Of a stretch of DNA of 64,000 nt, positions 37,798 through 51,956 are shown piece after piece. Under the pieces are notes generated by a model. That model was given only the letters and a program-made list of their open reading frames with translations, was not told the DNA's origin and searched no databases. Origin of the DNA: Podarcis liolepis. Lineage: Eukaryota. Where the stretch lies: NCBI GenBank assembly GCA_965112155.1, contig OZ218110.1. The stretch is one strand, 5' to 3'. Position numbers and translations under genes: made by a program. Each line of letters starts with the position of its first letter. The first letter of the stretch is position 1.

Positions 37798-38710
37798 TGT
37801 TAGAAATTAATCAAGCCTCCTGAACCCCTGGATCTATCAAGAGTTAAAATATAAGCCAGACTAGCTTTCTTATGAGGTAATCACCTGGGAGATGAGCCAT
37901 TAAGAAAAAACAAAGGGGAAGGTGATGGACCGCTAAGATAGCAAGAGAGGAGAGTCTGTGCCAGAGGGAAAATGGGTGAGGCCCCCTCCTCCAGCTCTAG
38001 ATAGTTAGAAGGCCAGAGTTTTGAAACTTGACTGTGATGTGATCCAAAAGGAAAAAGGTTGCAGGCTGTAAAAGGCAGAGGCAGAGCACAATGTTTGCTT
38101 TCTGTTGTGATCCAAGACTACAGCTACGGAAGAAACAAGTTCCTTTTGCGGTGTTTATGCAGTGAGCCCCTCCATCGTAGGCTCAGGTTGTAAAAAGGTA
38201 AAGGTACCCCTGCCCGTACGGGCCAGTCGTGTCCGACTCTAGGGTTGTGCGCCCATCTCACTTAAGAGGCCGGGGGCCAGCGCTGTCCGGAGACACTTCC
38301 GGGTCACGTGGCCAGCGTGACGAAGCTGCTCTGGTGAGCCTGCACCAGTGCAGCACACGGAAACACCGTTTACCTTCCCGCTAGAAAGCGGTACCTATTT
38401 ATCTACTTGCACTTTTTTAGGGGTGCTTTCGAACTGCTAGGTGGGCAGGAGCTGGGACCGAAAGACGGGAGCTCACCCCGCCGCGGGGATTCGAACCGCC
38501 GACCATGCGACCGGCAAGCCCTAGGCACTGAGATTTTACCCACAGCGCCACCCACGGCTCAGGTTGTATATATGTGTAAATAAACCATATATTATGAAGA
38601 TACCACAGTCTCCGCTATGCCTCATTTCCCAAAGGAAACATGGGCCCTGGGTAAGGGTGCCTGGAACCCCTGGAATCTCACACCATTCGGGGATTGGAGT
38701 GGCATGCAAC
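37798..38710 (+). mobile_element. Probable solo LTR-like element interrupted by a Sauria SINE
   Basis: Begins TGTTAG, has AATAAA at ~38579 and ends ...gcaac. No TSD found. Confidence 0.4.
38193..38555 (-). mobile_element. Sauria SINE (different subfamily) with a 13-bp TSD
   Basis: TSD ggctcaggttgta at 38180-38192 and 38556-38568. Confidence 0.9.
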
Positions 38711-40879
38711 TATATATTTGTTTTGAAAATGCTATTCCCCCCTCCCCCGAGTCTTTAGAATGAGAAGAGCTAAGCTTAAAAATTAATAAATAAGAGCTTA
38801 GATGAAATGCAAAGCTAAGAGGAAATTTCCTAGGCTATTATATATTTTTAAATAAATTTATGTTGTCTGGAGAAACAGCCAGGTGTCAGGTAGTTCCCAA
38901 AAGGTGTTTTCCTCTCTGCCACCAGTATAAACACTCTGGATTGTATACTTTGAAGTCAGATTAGCACGTTAAACCTATCGTTCCAAGGAAGATGTGACAT
39001 TGTATGTATTTATATCAAAACAACCTGTCATCTGTGTTTTGGCATGTCTGAATAGAGAAAGGGGGGGGGATATGAAATCGAGACTTGGGATTTGTACAGC
39101 TAAACAAAATAATTAATTTTAATAAGGGATTTGGGCAATTGTATTTACCCCTGAATGGGAGCGTTTTTGTTTGGTTTGCTAATCCTGTTGTAAACAGTTC
39201 AGTGAACAGCTATGCGATTGCTTTTATCTGGTTGTTTTACTTGTTCTTTTTGTAGTTTTGTTGCAAATGTGTGCTACTTTCAGTTCAGGTGCAAGATTGT
39301 TATGCTATGAGATAGAAAGAAAGATAATCACTGTTGGCAGAGACCTTATGGGTAGCGTCGACTTATTGTAACCGTGGCAGAGCTTGCATAACATTTGGTG
39401 TTGTGTGTAATGTAGATTATCCTTGAGCAATAATTGAGCTGTGCTGCCTTCTGCCCTTAATTGCTGGACTGGGCCATCAGTGAGTAGGTGGGTCTTGGCA
39501 AAACCAAAGATGGGAAATAAATGACCACATTTTTAAACAGGAGCCCAATGTTTTGCTGCCCTTAATTATGGGCTTTTCTTGGAAGTCACGTATGACTCAG
39601 AGCTTGGATGGACTCAGGGATCACTTATACCTTGAGGCACTCTGTACATTCATCCTACACATTAATCCCTTACAGACAAACTCGCACCATCTTAAACTGT
39701 TGGGTTGCAGATTCCTGCACAATGCTAGGGGTTTCCCCCCAGCTGGAACTCATTTCTGGCACCTCTCTGGTGGGCGATATTGCTATTCTTAGAGAACAAG
39801 GGAGGCCTTCATGGTGAGTTCCGTCACATTTTTCCTAGAAAAAAAAAGCACTGGTTCTGCCTTTGAATCAGAAAGCCATAGCTATACTGGGGTTAGGATC
39901 CCACGTCCCTAATTGACCAATGGCTACCTGCAGGATTTTGTTGTAATCTTTCAGTCAATATATTCTGAAAACAGTTAACATACAGGCAAATTCGGCTTCT
40001 CGAAGTTATTTGAGAAAGTTCTTTGCTGAGGGACTGTTTCCCCCCTTTCTTTGGAAATGGATTTACAACTTGGGCAGCCAGGATGAAACTTATTTCAGTC
40101 TAGACTCATCTCTGGAATGACAGAGAGATTGTTTTACTCCAGTTTCAACACAGTAATAGCGGCTGCTTAATTCAAAGTGCTGGATCTCACATTTAAAGCC
40201 CAAAATGGCTTACTTTTGTGAGCGCCTTCTCCCATATGCTTTTCCTTGTTTTTTTTGACAACAAAAACAGCCATTTTGAAGAAACAGCCTTCTTCTGAGC
40301 CCACGTTCCACCATTTACTATTAGTAGATTGCCTGATAGGGTGCAGTGCAGGGCCTTTGCTGCAGTGGCACCAGTGGTGGCTGGTGCCGATGGTGGCTGG
40401 TGGTGCTGAAAGCAGGCAGGTGGATCCACAGTCAGTGACTAGTACAGCCACCTCCTGATTTGTTGTAAGTAACAAGGCTGACAGCAGACTGAAGTTGGTG
40501 CGGCAATGCCCCATTTGCCATAATGGACTAAGCTTCACTGAGTGGCCTCCACTCTGGGAAGCTTTGCCTCTCCACCCTCCCCCCCCCCCCCCGAGATCAG
40601 ACTTACTCCTTCATTGCATAGTTTGTGCTGGCACATGAAAGTCTTTTTATTTGGAAAGGCTGGGTTCTGCTGTTTCTGCAAGTTTATTTTTACTGCCTTT
40701 ATTTTTTGCTATTTTATTACAAGATGTGCTGAATTGTTGGAAGGGCAACCAACATATTTCAGAAATAAACTTAATGTGACTCAGCATCTACAATGGTTGA
40801 CCCTCGAATGTGAATAGTAACCATCAACCGCTGTGTTGGGAAGATCCGCATGACACTGAGTTTATATTTGCCAGGCTCA

Positions 40880-42008
40880 TTATTTTCATTGCCATGACCC
40901 TACACTTTGTCGAAGGGAAACTCTCCACCGGAGTAGAAATCATATATCGAACAGATGGAAAGCTCTTCAATCTGAGCCGGCTGAAAGCAAAGAGTAAGGT
41001 TACCGTAACTTCCGTCATAGAGCTTGAGTATGCTGATGACAACGTAGTGTGCGCACGATCAGAGGATGACCTCCAAACCATCCTAAATATCTTTGCAGAA
41101 GCTTATGAAAAGCTTGCCTTATCACTCAACATCCCAAAAACCAAAGTGCTGCTCCAACAAGTACAGAATAACCCTTCTTCAGCGCCACAAATCCAACTCA
41201 ATGGTGTAATGTTTTAAAATGTTGATCACTCCTCCTAACTAGGCAGTTATCTTTCCACAAGGGCGAACATTGATGCTGAAATCCAGCATTGCCTGAGTGC
41301 AGCTTTCTCCCGATTGAAGTGCAGAGTGAGGACTGGGACATTCTCAGGGAAACCAAAATGCTTGTTTACAAAGCTATTGTACCACCAACCTTACTATATG
41401 CTTGTGAAATACCATCTCCCAACTCCTCAAAATATTCCATCAACGGTGTCTCCAAAAAATTTTACGCATCACTTGGGAGGACAGGTGAACTAATATAATT
41501 GTACTAGAAGAAGCAAAGATCACCAGTGTTGAAGCAATGATTCTTCAACATCAACTTCATTGGACTGATCATGTTGTGCGGATGCCTGATGATCGTCTTC
41601 CAAAGCAACTACTCTATTCCAAACTTAAAGATGGAAAATGTAATGCTGGTGGTCAACAAAAGAGGTTTAAAGACTCTCTCAAGGCAAAAATAAAAAAATG
41701 TAGTATAAACACTGACAACTGGGAAACACTGGCCTGCAAGTGCTCTAGTTGGAGAACAGCCTTTACCAAAGGTGCCATGGGCTTTGAAGACACTCGAGCT
41801 CAGGATGCAAGGGAGAAACGTGCTAAGAGGAAGGCATGCCTGGCAAATCCATACCATGATGTCCACAACCGATGTCCCCACTGTGGAAGGACGTGTGGAT
41901 CCAGAATTGGCCTCCACAGTCACTTATGGACTCATTGTTAAAACCGTGTTTATGGAACACAATCTTACTCGGCTACGAGTGATCGCCAAAGAAGAAGAAG
42001 AAAAGAAG
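40880..42008 (+). mobile_element. 5'-truncated RTE-clade LINE with a 14-bp TSD
   Basis: YRTDGKLFNLSRL, EYADD, RMPDDRLPKQLLY, C2H2 CPHCGRTCGSRIGLHSH, (GAA)n tail. TSD atttgccaggctca at 40866-40879 and 42009-42022. Frameshifted. Confidence 0.92.
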
Positions 42009-43620
42009 ATTTGCCAGGCTCAGTTTTATTATCTGTATCATCATGGTATCATTTACTTTGGTAAAGTCATATCCCCATCTTGTTTTTTAATGCTCAAAAA
42101 TTAGTTTTAAGTCTCCTTTTTGAAATTCAAGTGTAAAAAGTACAAATTAAGTATCAACCAAAAACAAAAAAAAGAGAGAAAGAGAGAGAGAGAGGAGAAA
42201 AAGGCGCACAGGGCAATTAATAAATCAGTTTTACATTCATAATGCCAAGTAAACAAATATTAACAATTTTAGATCAGAATTTATGAAGATTAAACATTAA
42301 CAGCTGACATACTTATTTTAAGATCTAGCACAAGAACCAGCAGTAGAAATGCTTGCTTTGTATGTTGCTAAAAGTTGGAAGTTAATTAAATGGAGCATTG
42401 ACACTTGCTGTGTCATTTTCCCCGCCTTTGCATGCCGTATGTAATAAGGCAACTGTTGACACTCCAGTAAAATTACATGCTACAGATGAAGACCTACATA
42501 AAGAAGACACTGAACTGGATCCTCAAAGATATCTTGACACTCTGCAGTGCCCTCGAAATCTTAAAAACACACACAACCTAATTTCATCATAAGGTCACAG
42601 TTATTGTTTTACTTAAATGCCTCTTCAGGATTAGGTTTTTTTTTTAGCTTTCTAACAACAAAATAGTTTGAAGTCTGCAGTAATGAAAGAAACTTAGCCT
42701 TATCTAAGATGCTGTTTTGAGTTTCCATGGCAGTAAGAATACACATGATATACCTCTGCTTCGACAGAAAAATATTATGAATCTCCCGGGTGTCTGCTAG
42801 GAATACAGGAGGTTACGGGTTTGAACCATGCCTTTTCCTTCACCTTTTTTCAAGAAAAGTTATGCTATCCTAGGTAAGTGGGGAAAAAAATACTGCTCTT
42901 TCCTGGTAAATAAGCAAGCATTACGATAAAACGGGACTATGGCCAGGACCCAAATGCTTATTTTAGGTATGATCAAAGGCCACTATGCACCCAGGCATAT
43001 TTTTCTTCTCCATCTTTGAACCACAGTCCTCTCATATGTCAGATTTTGAAACTCAGTTTTAAAAGTAGGCATTCTCCGTTAGCTCAAGGAACACTTATCT
43101 CTTCAAGGAACACTTGTCTAAAGTCTCCTTAGCTGTGCTAGCATTTGGATCCTGGTCTAAGGATAACCATGATCTCTAGGTTCGGGTATTTTGCCATTCT
43201 GCTTCATGTAATGTGTAATAGAAATTGGTCTAATGGCGTTCCCATCGCTCCCAGCCAGCATGGCCAGTGGTAAAGGGGTGCTGGGAATTATTGTTAGGTA
43301 ATGCCACACAAACTCCCCACCCTGATTTACATGGAAATGAATGCTTTCACAAGTGAGGTGATGCCAGGAATGGTATTTACAGGGCAACCTTAGACATGTC
43401 TACTTAGAAGTAAGCCTCACAGAGTTCATGAAGGTTTGCTCCTCCGTGTGCATGTGTGTAGAATTGTAACCTCAGTCTGGAATATGCCGCTTTGGGAAGT
43501 TAATATGACATAAAAAGTGGAAGAAAGCCACCTTGAAATATCCCTCTAAAATTCTGGCCAGTGTAGCTTTTGAAGCAAGACGAGGACACATGGTGGCCCT
43601 CTAATGGCTTGTTTATTGTA

Positions 43621-43965
43621 CAGTGGTGCCTCGCAAGACGAAATTAATTCGTTCCGCGAGATTTTTCGTCTAGCGAATTTTTCGTCTTGCGAAGCACGGT
43701 GTTGGAAAAGTTTTGGAAAAGCTTCAAAAATCACCAAAAACCTCAAAAAACGCTCCCACACCGCGTTCTATGAGTTGCTCCTCGAAGTCAAGTCACAACT
43801 GTATTAACGGTGTTAAGAAAAAGGAAACAAACTTGCAAGACGTTTTTGTCTTGCAAAGCAAGCCCATAGGGAAATTCGTCTTGCGAAGCAGCTCAAAAAC
43901 CGCAAAACCCTTTCGTCTAGCAAGTTTTTCGTCTTGCGAGGCATTCGTCTTGCGGGGCACCACTG
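43621..43965. mobile_element. Tc1/mariner MITE
   Basis: TA|cagtggtgcctcgcaagacgaa ... ttcgtcttgcggggcaccactg|TA, with internal cgtcttgc repeats. Confidence 0.9.
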
Positions 43966-46103
43966 TAGCGTGAACTTTTGTAGCCAAGAGCCGAATTCAC
44001 CAGGCAATACATTTAAAAAGCCGTTAAAATCCATTATCATTATTTTTTGTTGTTGCTTATAACCTTGTGTGCAGAGCTTCTGTAGCTGAAATGGGATGAT
44101 GGAGTACCAGGGCCAGGATTCCAGCTTTTTGGCTTAACGTCATCATTCATGTGAGATTTGAGCACAAGGTTGGCTTCAAGCTTGTAGCCCTTTTTAGAAT
44201 CATTTGATTGACTGTGAAGCAGATACCTCCAGTTGTTAATACGATGACGACAGACCACATGGTTTCCAGGCCCAGTTCAAGGTGTGCATATTAGTGTGCA
44301 AAGCCCTAAATGTCTCTTTCCCCAAATACCTAGAGACTCCCTTGGGTGCTAAGACTGGCAGAGGCAGCCATCTTGGTATTTCTTCCACCTTCAGATGCTC
44401 AGGGGCAGCTGTGACCTAAATTGCGAAACTCCTTGTGTGGCACCTTCTTTATACAGCTTCTAGCAAATGCTAGTTGTACCTCTTTGCCCTGGCTTTTGAG
44501 ATGTTTATTTTAACGACTCACCTTATTTCTGCAATGGTTAAATTGTTCGAAACAGTTTTTAATATTGTGTCGTGATGTTGCAACCTGCCCTGGGAGCTTA
44601 GGACGAAACACAAGTAATAAATTAAATAAGAATAAGGATAATATAGGCACGTAGATCATAAAGTGACTGTTATACTTAAGATACCTTCATCCCTGCTACT
44701 GTAATAACTACAGCATAGCAGCTGAAGCCCTGGATGTATTGAAATCAAGAGTTTTGCCACTGGGTTCAAGGAAGTCGTGATTTCACTGAGCTGCAGAATC
44801 GCAGCGTTGGAAGGGGCCATGGGGGTCATCTACTCCAACCTCCTGCAATGAAGGAAGCTTTTGCCCAATGTGGGGCTCGAAATAATGATTTCAGGTTATT
44901 GAGACAACAAGAAAATATACACCATTCATGAGCTGGCAGGAATTTGCAAAATCGATACAGAAAACATTTTACCTGCATAGCGTCTTTTGGTGCGAAGAAG
45001 AAAAGTAATAAAACATGTATGAAATAAATGTCTGGTCTGGAAAAAACCAATAACCCAGTACTGGAACTGTCCATTCCTTTCAAGGAAGTCTTTCACTTGC
45101 TAAAATTCCAAGTCACAGTGAAAGGCCAGCAAGAAACGTACTGTACTCAAAAATAATTTATATGGCCCATGCAATGGATAGCTCAAATAGCTTTCTGATG
45201 GCTGTATTCTCATGTTTTCAACAAGAACCTTGCCCATTAGGGCATCTCTCTGGTGGCTTGGGCACACTAGGAAAGACTTGAGCCGATCGGAAGCAAGCCA
45301 CTTTGGCCAGTAGGGACTGAGCAATGAGAGGCAGCGGTCAGAGGCAGTTTGAACATGTTTCTAGTGGGGAAATTATTATTGCCTCAGTTGCAGGCTCATC
45401 TGAGCTTAACCTCACAAAAGTCCATAAGAGTACCAATGCCATTATCGGTGGCAAGGTATGGCTTAAATCAGATTTTAAACTAACTCCAGGAAATATTTTC
45501 ATGGTTTATCTGTTGGAAGAAATCCAGCTATGGTGGAATATAGAATCTCAGGTAAGTGAAAAATTATCTACCCATTCTGACAGAACAAGGGCAGTGAGTT
45601 TCACAGTGAGTGTTAATTGTACTACTTTGGAATTAAATGGCTTGAGGCCTATTTGCCCTCTTGAAGCTTTTGTATTACCAGTTCTTGGGAGGTAACCGTG
45701 ACTAAGGGGTGTTGGTGAAAATATATAAAATGACGGAGATAAAAATGACTACAGACAAGTTATAATCACTTATAATCCTGTGGCAGAGGAAGTCCTTTCA
45801 AATGTAGATGTTTAGTTCTGCAGAGACAAGTCTTTGAACCCGTTAAACATTGAACTGATGAAAATTATAAAAATAAATAATTCTTCTCTGGAGGAAAATA
45901 AAGGCGGGAGAGGTATTTCATCAGGTGTTTTAACTAACAGGAATTCTGTTTGTCAGGATTCCCGTAACTTCCTCTCATATAGACGCATGAGCCATCTTCA
46001 AAATAATTACAGGATTATAGGAATATATATTAGCTGAAAGAATATACTCCTAGTATTGACAGACAGGAGACAACCATGTGGTCCACCTAGGTCCATACTG
46101 CCA

Positions 46104-46109
46104 TTTATT
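46104..46109 (-). terminator. Candidate proximal poly(A) signal for KRT222
   Basis: AATAAA ~47 nt past the stop codon; distal sites are also possible. Confidence 0.4.
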
Positions 46110-46155
46110 TCTGAAACCCATCCATGAATAATCTTTGGGTAAGTGTGATGCAGAT

Positions 46156-46389
<234 letters not shown>

Positions 46390-47039
46390 TTATACTGATG
46401 AATGAGTGTGGAACAGACCTTCAAGCTAGGATTTCACAAAGTGATGGGAAATGGCATGACCCGACCACACACGGAGTTTTTGTTTAGTCAGCTGAAATAT
46501 GGGGCCTGGTTTTAAAATCTGTATCCCTCAGGAAACATGATGGCAAGTTGCAACCTTTCTGCAGTTTTTTACTTGTAAAATAAAAGGGGCCCAATTTGCT
46601 ACACATGAACTTATGCCAAACAGAAGTGCTGCCCTAGAAAAATGATCAACCAGGATTTCATACTATGGAAAGAAAGATACCCATGGAAATCTGCTCTCAC
46701 AACCTTCTTCAGGACTGAAGGCGGAGAGAAATTCTTTTGAACTAAGCAACACCGATTTAAGGATCTGCACTGAGTTTTTAGGCTGCCTTTAGTACCAATG
46801 GTTGCTTTTGTTTTGTACTAATTAATGTTCGCTATATGCCTCTGTGAATGCCTTTTAACATTTGGGCTCCAGTCCTATATACAGGACACATCAACACTAA
46901 AAATTTAAAGCACATTTAAAACATGTGGTTCCCCCAAAGAATACTGGGAACTGTAGCTCTAAGGAGGTAAACTACAGTTCCTGGGATTTTGGCGGGGTGT
47001 GTGTGTGTAATGGGCTTTAAATGTGTTCTGAATTTATAG

Positions 47040-47099
47040 TATGGTATGGTATGGTATGGTATGGTATGGTATGGTATGGTATGGTATGGTATGGTATGG
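47040..47099. repeat. (ATGGT)~12 microsatellite in KRT222 intron 5
   Basis: Direct reading. Confidence 0.98.
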
Positions 47100-47669
47100 A
47101 TGTAGACTGCTATTGAACACAGTGAGACATCTGAATAAATAGTCCATCACTCATTGGCCTAGTTTCTTGGTAAACATCAGGTTAGTTAATGGTTTACTGT
47201 GAATCTGCGATTTTCACTTGCCTTGTTCCTTTCCAATAGCTATGGGAGAAACAAACCACTATAACTGGGTTTGGTTGTCATGCAGACTGCGTACTGTGGT
47301 TTGCTTCTCAAACAAACCACAACCAATAATCCAAAAAAAACCCCCACAGTGGACCTTAAGCCATCCACACTGGGTACCCCTATGTTGTCTGAAAACAAGA
47401 TGATACAGAGTGCTTGATCAGAAGCATCCCTACTATGAAGCAAGCTGAGGTTGCTACTTTAACTGGCAAATGTTCCACATTGCCAATGCCTTGCACATTT
47501 CCCACTCACTGAGTTAAACTTCTGCAGGATATTTTTCTGGCGGATTTTGTCTCTTGTGGATGGAGGTGGTAGTATTAGTTGCCCCCCCCAAAAGGTCCTA
47601 AGCTCAACCCGCCTCAGAGAACATTTCCTTATTGCTTGTAAGCGCTCTGCGCTGTTCAGTTTCACTTAC

Positions 47670-47778
47670 TGTATCGTTCCACAAGCCTCTGCGCTCTCTT
47701 TTGCAACATTTCCATTTAAGACTGCTTGCTTTGTTAGTATTTCCACTTTTTCAATCTCGTGCGCCTTTAGCTCACTTG
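47670..47778 (-). CDS. KRT222: KRT222 coding exon 5 (109 nt, [37 protein letters not shown])
   Basis: tacag|CA ... CA|gtaagt; phases 1/2. Confidence 0.9.
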
Positions 47779-48068
47779 CTGTATAAATTAAAACAGAAAA
47801 GAAAATGCAATTTTCACTGTTATGCAGGAACAGGCATCAGTAACCATATATGACTTTTCCCCCGGTCCAATTAGAAAATGAGAAACTGTAATTAGTTGAT
47901 CATAAGGGGATGTGCGGTGTTCGGAGAAGAGGAGGTTATGTGTTTGTAAGGAATTTCTTGTGTAGTCCAAGGAGCCAAATGAGGGATTAGAAGGGGCAGC
48001 CTGAACATGGTTGTCACAAACAAACAAACAAACAAACAAACAAACCAACCACTGTGTGAATTGCTATA

Positions 48069-48318
48069 GAGTCATACCTTGGAAGTCGAATGGAATCCAT
48101 TCTGGAGGTCCATTCGACTTCCAAAACGTTTGGAAACCAAAGCGCAGCTCCTGATTGGCTGCAGGAAGCTCCTGCAGCCAATCGGAAGCTGGGGAAGCCC
48201 CGTCGGAGGTTTAGCTTCCAAAAATAGTTCGCAAACCAGAACAGTCACTTCCGAGTTGACGGCGTCTGGGAGCCAAAACGTTCGAGAACTAAGCTGTCCG
48301 AAAACCAAGGTACGACTG
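48069..48318. mobile_element. Tc1/mariner MITE
   Basis: TA|gagtcataccttgg ... ccaaggtacgactg|TA. Confidence 0.85.
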
Positions 48319-48760
48319 TATAGCATGTTAGTTATACCCTGCATAGCTCACACAAAACGGCTTACGTATCCTGGAAATGCAACACAATTCAAAGCAACAC
48401 CAGGCAATCTAAATAACAGTACAAAGCTACATATTTTTAAATGGCCCATGAAATAGAGCCCCAAATTAGGGGTTGGGGAGTGGCCTGAAATAATCAGGTT
48501 TTTAAAGGTCAACACCATCACTTTGAGATGAGCCTGGGAACCCACCGATAACCAAAGCAAATGGTTCAGAATAGGTGCCACACATTGTGCTCACCTAGCC
48601 CAACCTATTCTGCCCATTTGAAGTTTCCAAAATTACAGAGTTGCCTCTTATTTCCCAGTGGGTTATTTTCTTAAACTCCTACAAGTTCTGATTCACATTC
48701 AGCTTTGCCTAAATGGTGAGCTGTCTTTTTATGTTAATTCCAGGTCTTAAGAAAACTCAC

Positions 48761-48840
48761 CTGAAGGTAAGATAAACGCTATTTGGCTAGTGGTGCGCTT
48801 TTTGTCGCCTTTTCTGTCTTGGCACGCAGAACGATGAAAC
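48761..48840 (-). CDS. KRT222: KRT222 coding exon 4 (80 nt, FHRSACQDRKGDKKRTTSQIAFILPS)
   Basis: tttcaag|G ... TCAG|gtgagt; phases 2/1 fit the neighbours. Confidence 0.9.
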
Positions 48841-49247
48841 CTTGAAAGAAAAAGAGGAAGAAAGTGTAAGAATGTAGAATGGGCCTGCTTATGGTTAGAG
48901 CCTTCTAAATCGGGGGCTGCCAGACTTCAGGCTTGCTGGATATTTTTTGTTTTGTTGGTGGATATCAGGTTTCGATATCCACCAACCCACCAACTATAAT
49001 AATAGTTGTGGGGTTGTTGTGCTGACGTACACTTGGAATAAAGGGGCAGAGCACAAATTAAATCCAGGAATCTGCTTTCAGTAACAGAACTGAGCTCAAA
49101 AGTCCTTTCATACAAGAGCTTCCTGGTTTCCCCGCAAACATACATTGGATCAACCTGATTTAGGTTTTTAACTGCTGCTGCTTTTGAACAATTCAGAATT
49201 GGGAACACTTATCGATTGACTGTGAAATAGCAGCAGATTTTGATCTA

Positions 49248-49499
<252 letters not shown>

Positions 49500-49689
49500 T
49501 TAAATTAGATTACTGGTTTCAATTCCTGAATGTACTTCTAAAAAGCCCAGGACCATTAAAAAAAAACAAAGGAGGGGATAAATAACTTTTAAAAAACACA
49601 CATACACAATCAACTTTACATTTTAAATTAAATTCAAACTAATAAAATCAGTATTTGTCACAAACCTTTATATTCTGAGCAATATAAAA

Positions 49690-50129
49690 CAGTGGAACCT
49701 TGGTTTTTGATCGTCCCGGAAGGCGAAGGTTTCAGTTTTTGAACACTGAAAACCTGGAAGTAACTGTTCTGGTTTTTGAACTATTTTCAGAAGCTGAACG
49801 TGCTACGTTTTGAGTTTCCCTATTGTATTGAGGCTTCCGTATTTAGTTCAGTGGCGGAGCTTCATGCTCCGGCACTGGGGGGTGGAGAGCAGGTGGGGGC
49901 GTGGCTGGCGCATGTCCTGGAGGTGTGGCATGCCGCCTGAGGGTGTGTGGCACCCAGCATGGGCGGGGGGAAGCCGTGCTGGCATCCCACCGGGATTGCG
50001 CTGCCAGGGGTGGTGCGTTCCCTCCACACTCCTCTTCCTCCGCCAGTGATTGAGTTTTCAGTTTTCGAATGTTTTGGAAGTCAAACGGTCTTCCAGAACG
50101 GATTACATTCAAAAACTGAGGTTCTACTG
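49690..50129. mobile_element. Tc1/mariner MITE containing a nested hAT MITE (49849-50048)
   Basis: Outer cagtggaacct/aggttctactg. Inner cagtggcggag/ctccgccagtg with TSD atttagtt/attgagtt. Confidence 0.8.
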
Positions 50130-50329
50130 TAGTTAAATTCAATCAGGGTTGATTGCAGATATTTGGCTACAGGGATGAGATCTATTAATGCAGGAATTGC
50201 CAACCTTCAGCGACCAGTGGAAACATTTTGAATTTTGAGAAAGTACTGTGGGCGCCAATCACAAAATGGCTGCCCTAGGAGCATGGCACAAGGTCATGCT
50301 TGCTGTGGGAAGTCACCCATGTCCTAATG

Positions 50330-50465
50330 CAGGCATAGGCAAACTCGGCCCTCCAGATGTTTCGAGACTACAACTCCCATCACCCCTGACCACTGGTCCT
50401 GTTGGCTAGGGATGATGGGAGTTGTAGTTCTAAAACATCTGGAGGGCCAAGTTTGCCTATGCCTG
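50330..50465. mobile_element. Palindromic hAT MITE
   Basis: TIR caggcataggcaaact; perfect TSD tcctaatg. Confidence 0.9.
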
Positions 50466-51225
50466 TCCTAATGGATTTGACTATGGAGATCCCACAATAT
50501 TGTTTCCCTTTCCCACAATGCTGCTGTTGCTGTCTGATAACAATAGAGGATTATGGGTTCCATTTCCCATTTCTCCATGTGACCTTTCCCTTGCCAATCT
50601 CCTCCCAGGCCATCCTTTTCACAATCTAGGTGACAAGAAAATAGAACTTATCACAAGTAGTAGGCACCGTAGACTAAGGAGGCAGCAACAAATCAGGAAT
50701 AAAAGTCGGAAGAGAGATGCAGCAGCAGACTGAACTATTGGGGTTGCCTGGCAGGAGCACCCTATATGAGTTCCTGATACAGTAAACTATGATCTAGCCA
50801 TGAAGCAAACTGGTCCTGACTTCTAGCTTATTGTTTGACCCTTTTTGCTGCCTTTGTTCTTCCTGACTCCTGTCTTATTCCAGGCTCACCTCAGACCCAG
50901 CCTACAGTGCTGGGAATGGTAGAGATAAAGCCATACCCTCCAAGATTTCTCCAATGAAAATAGGGACGTCCCACTCCATAATGATAATTTTACTATTTAT
51001 ACCCCACACATCTTACTGGGCTGCCCCAGCCACTCTGGGAAGCTTACAACATATATCAAAACATAATAAAACATTAAAAAACACTTCCCTATACAGGATT
51101 GCCTTCAGACGGCTCGGAGGTCGGATAACTCCATACCCTCCAACATTTCTCCAATGAAAATAGGGACATCCTAAGGAAAAGTGGGACATTCCAGGATCAA
51201 ATCAGAAACCGACTTCTCTAAATCA

Positions 51226-51504
<279 letters not shown>

Positions 51505-51820
51505 TCAAGATGCCCCACACTGAAAATTTCAAATTTGGCTGTGTAAATGAGTCTTAGGTTCCTGAAACAAAGCACACCCGGTGCACAATTCAAGTCTTCT
51601 TCGTTTTATTATACTATCATTGAAACAAGATGGTTCTGAAGGGAGTTGAATGATTTCACAGTTGGGAGCAAAAGCAAAAATAAAATAAAATGGACGGGGT
51701 GGTCATACGTCTGCCTGAAAAGAAATGGCATATGTTCTAACCCACCTCACCCCACTTTGAGCACAGGACATGGTAACAGAAGGGACTTGCCGCCTACAAA
51801 CTGAGAACAAAATGCTAGAG

Positions 51821-51956
51821 CAGAGTTTCCCAAACTTGGGTCTCCGGCTGTTTTTGGACTACAACTCCCATAATCCCTCACTAGCGAGACTGGTGGTCAG
51901 GGATGATGGGAACTGTAGTCCAAAAGCAGCTGGAGACCCAAGTCTGGGAAACACTG
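51821..51956. mobile_element. Palindromic hAT MITE
   Basis: cagagtttcccaaacttggg ... cccaagtctgggaaacactg. Confidence 0.85.

Noticed and set aside
43621-43965. CRISPR-like short repeats (cgtcttgc)
   Set aside because: Irregular subterminal repeats of a TA-flanked MITE in a eukaryotic context, with no cas genes.
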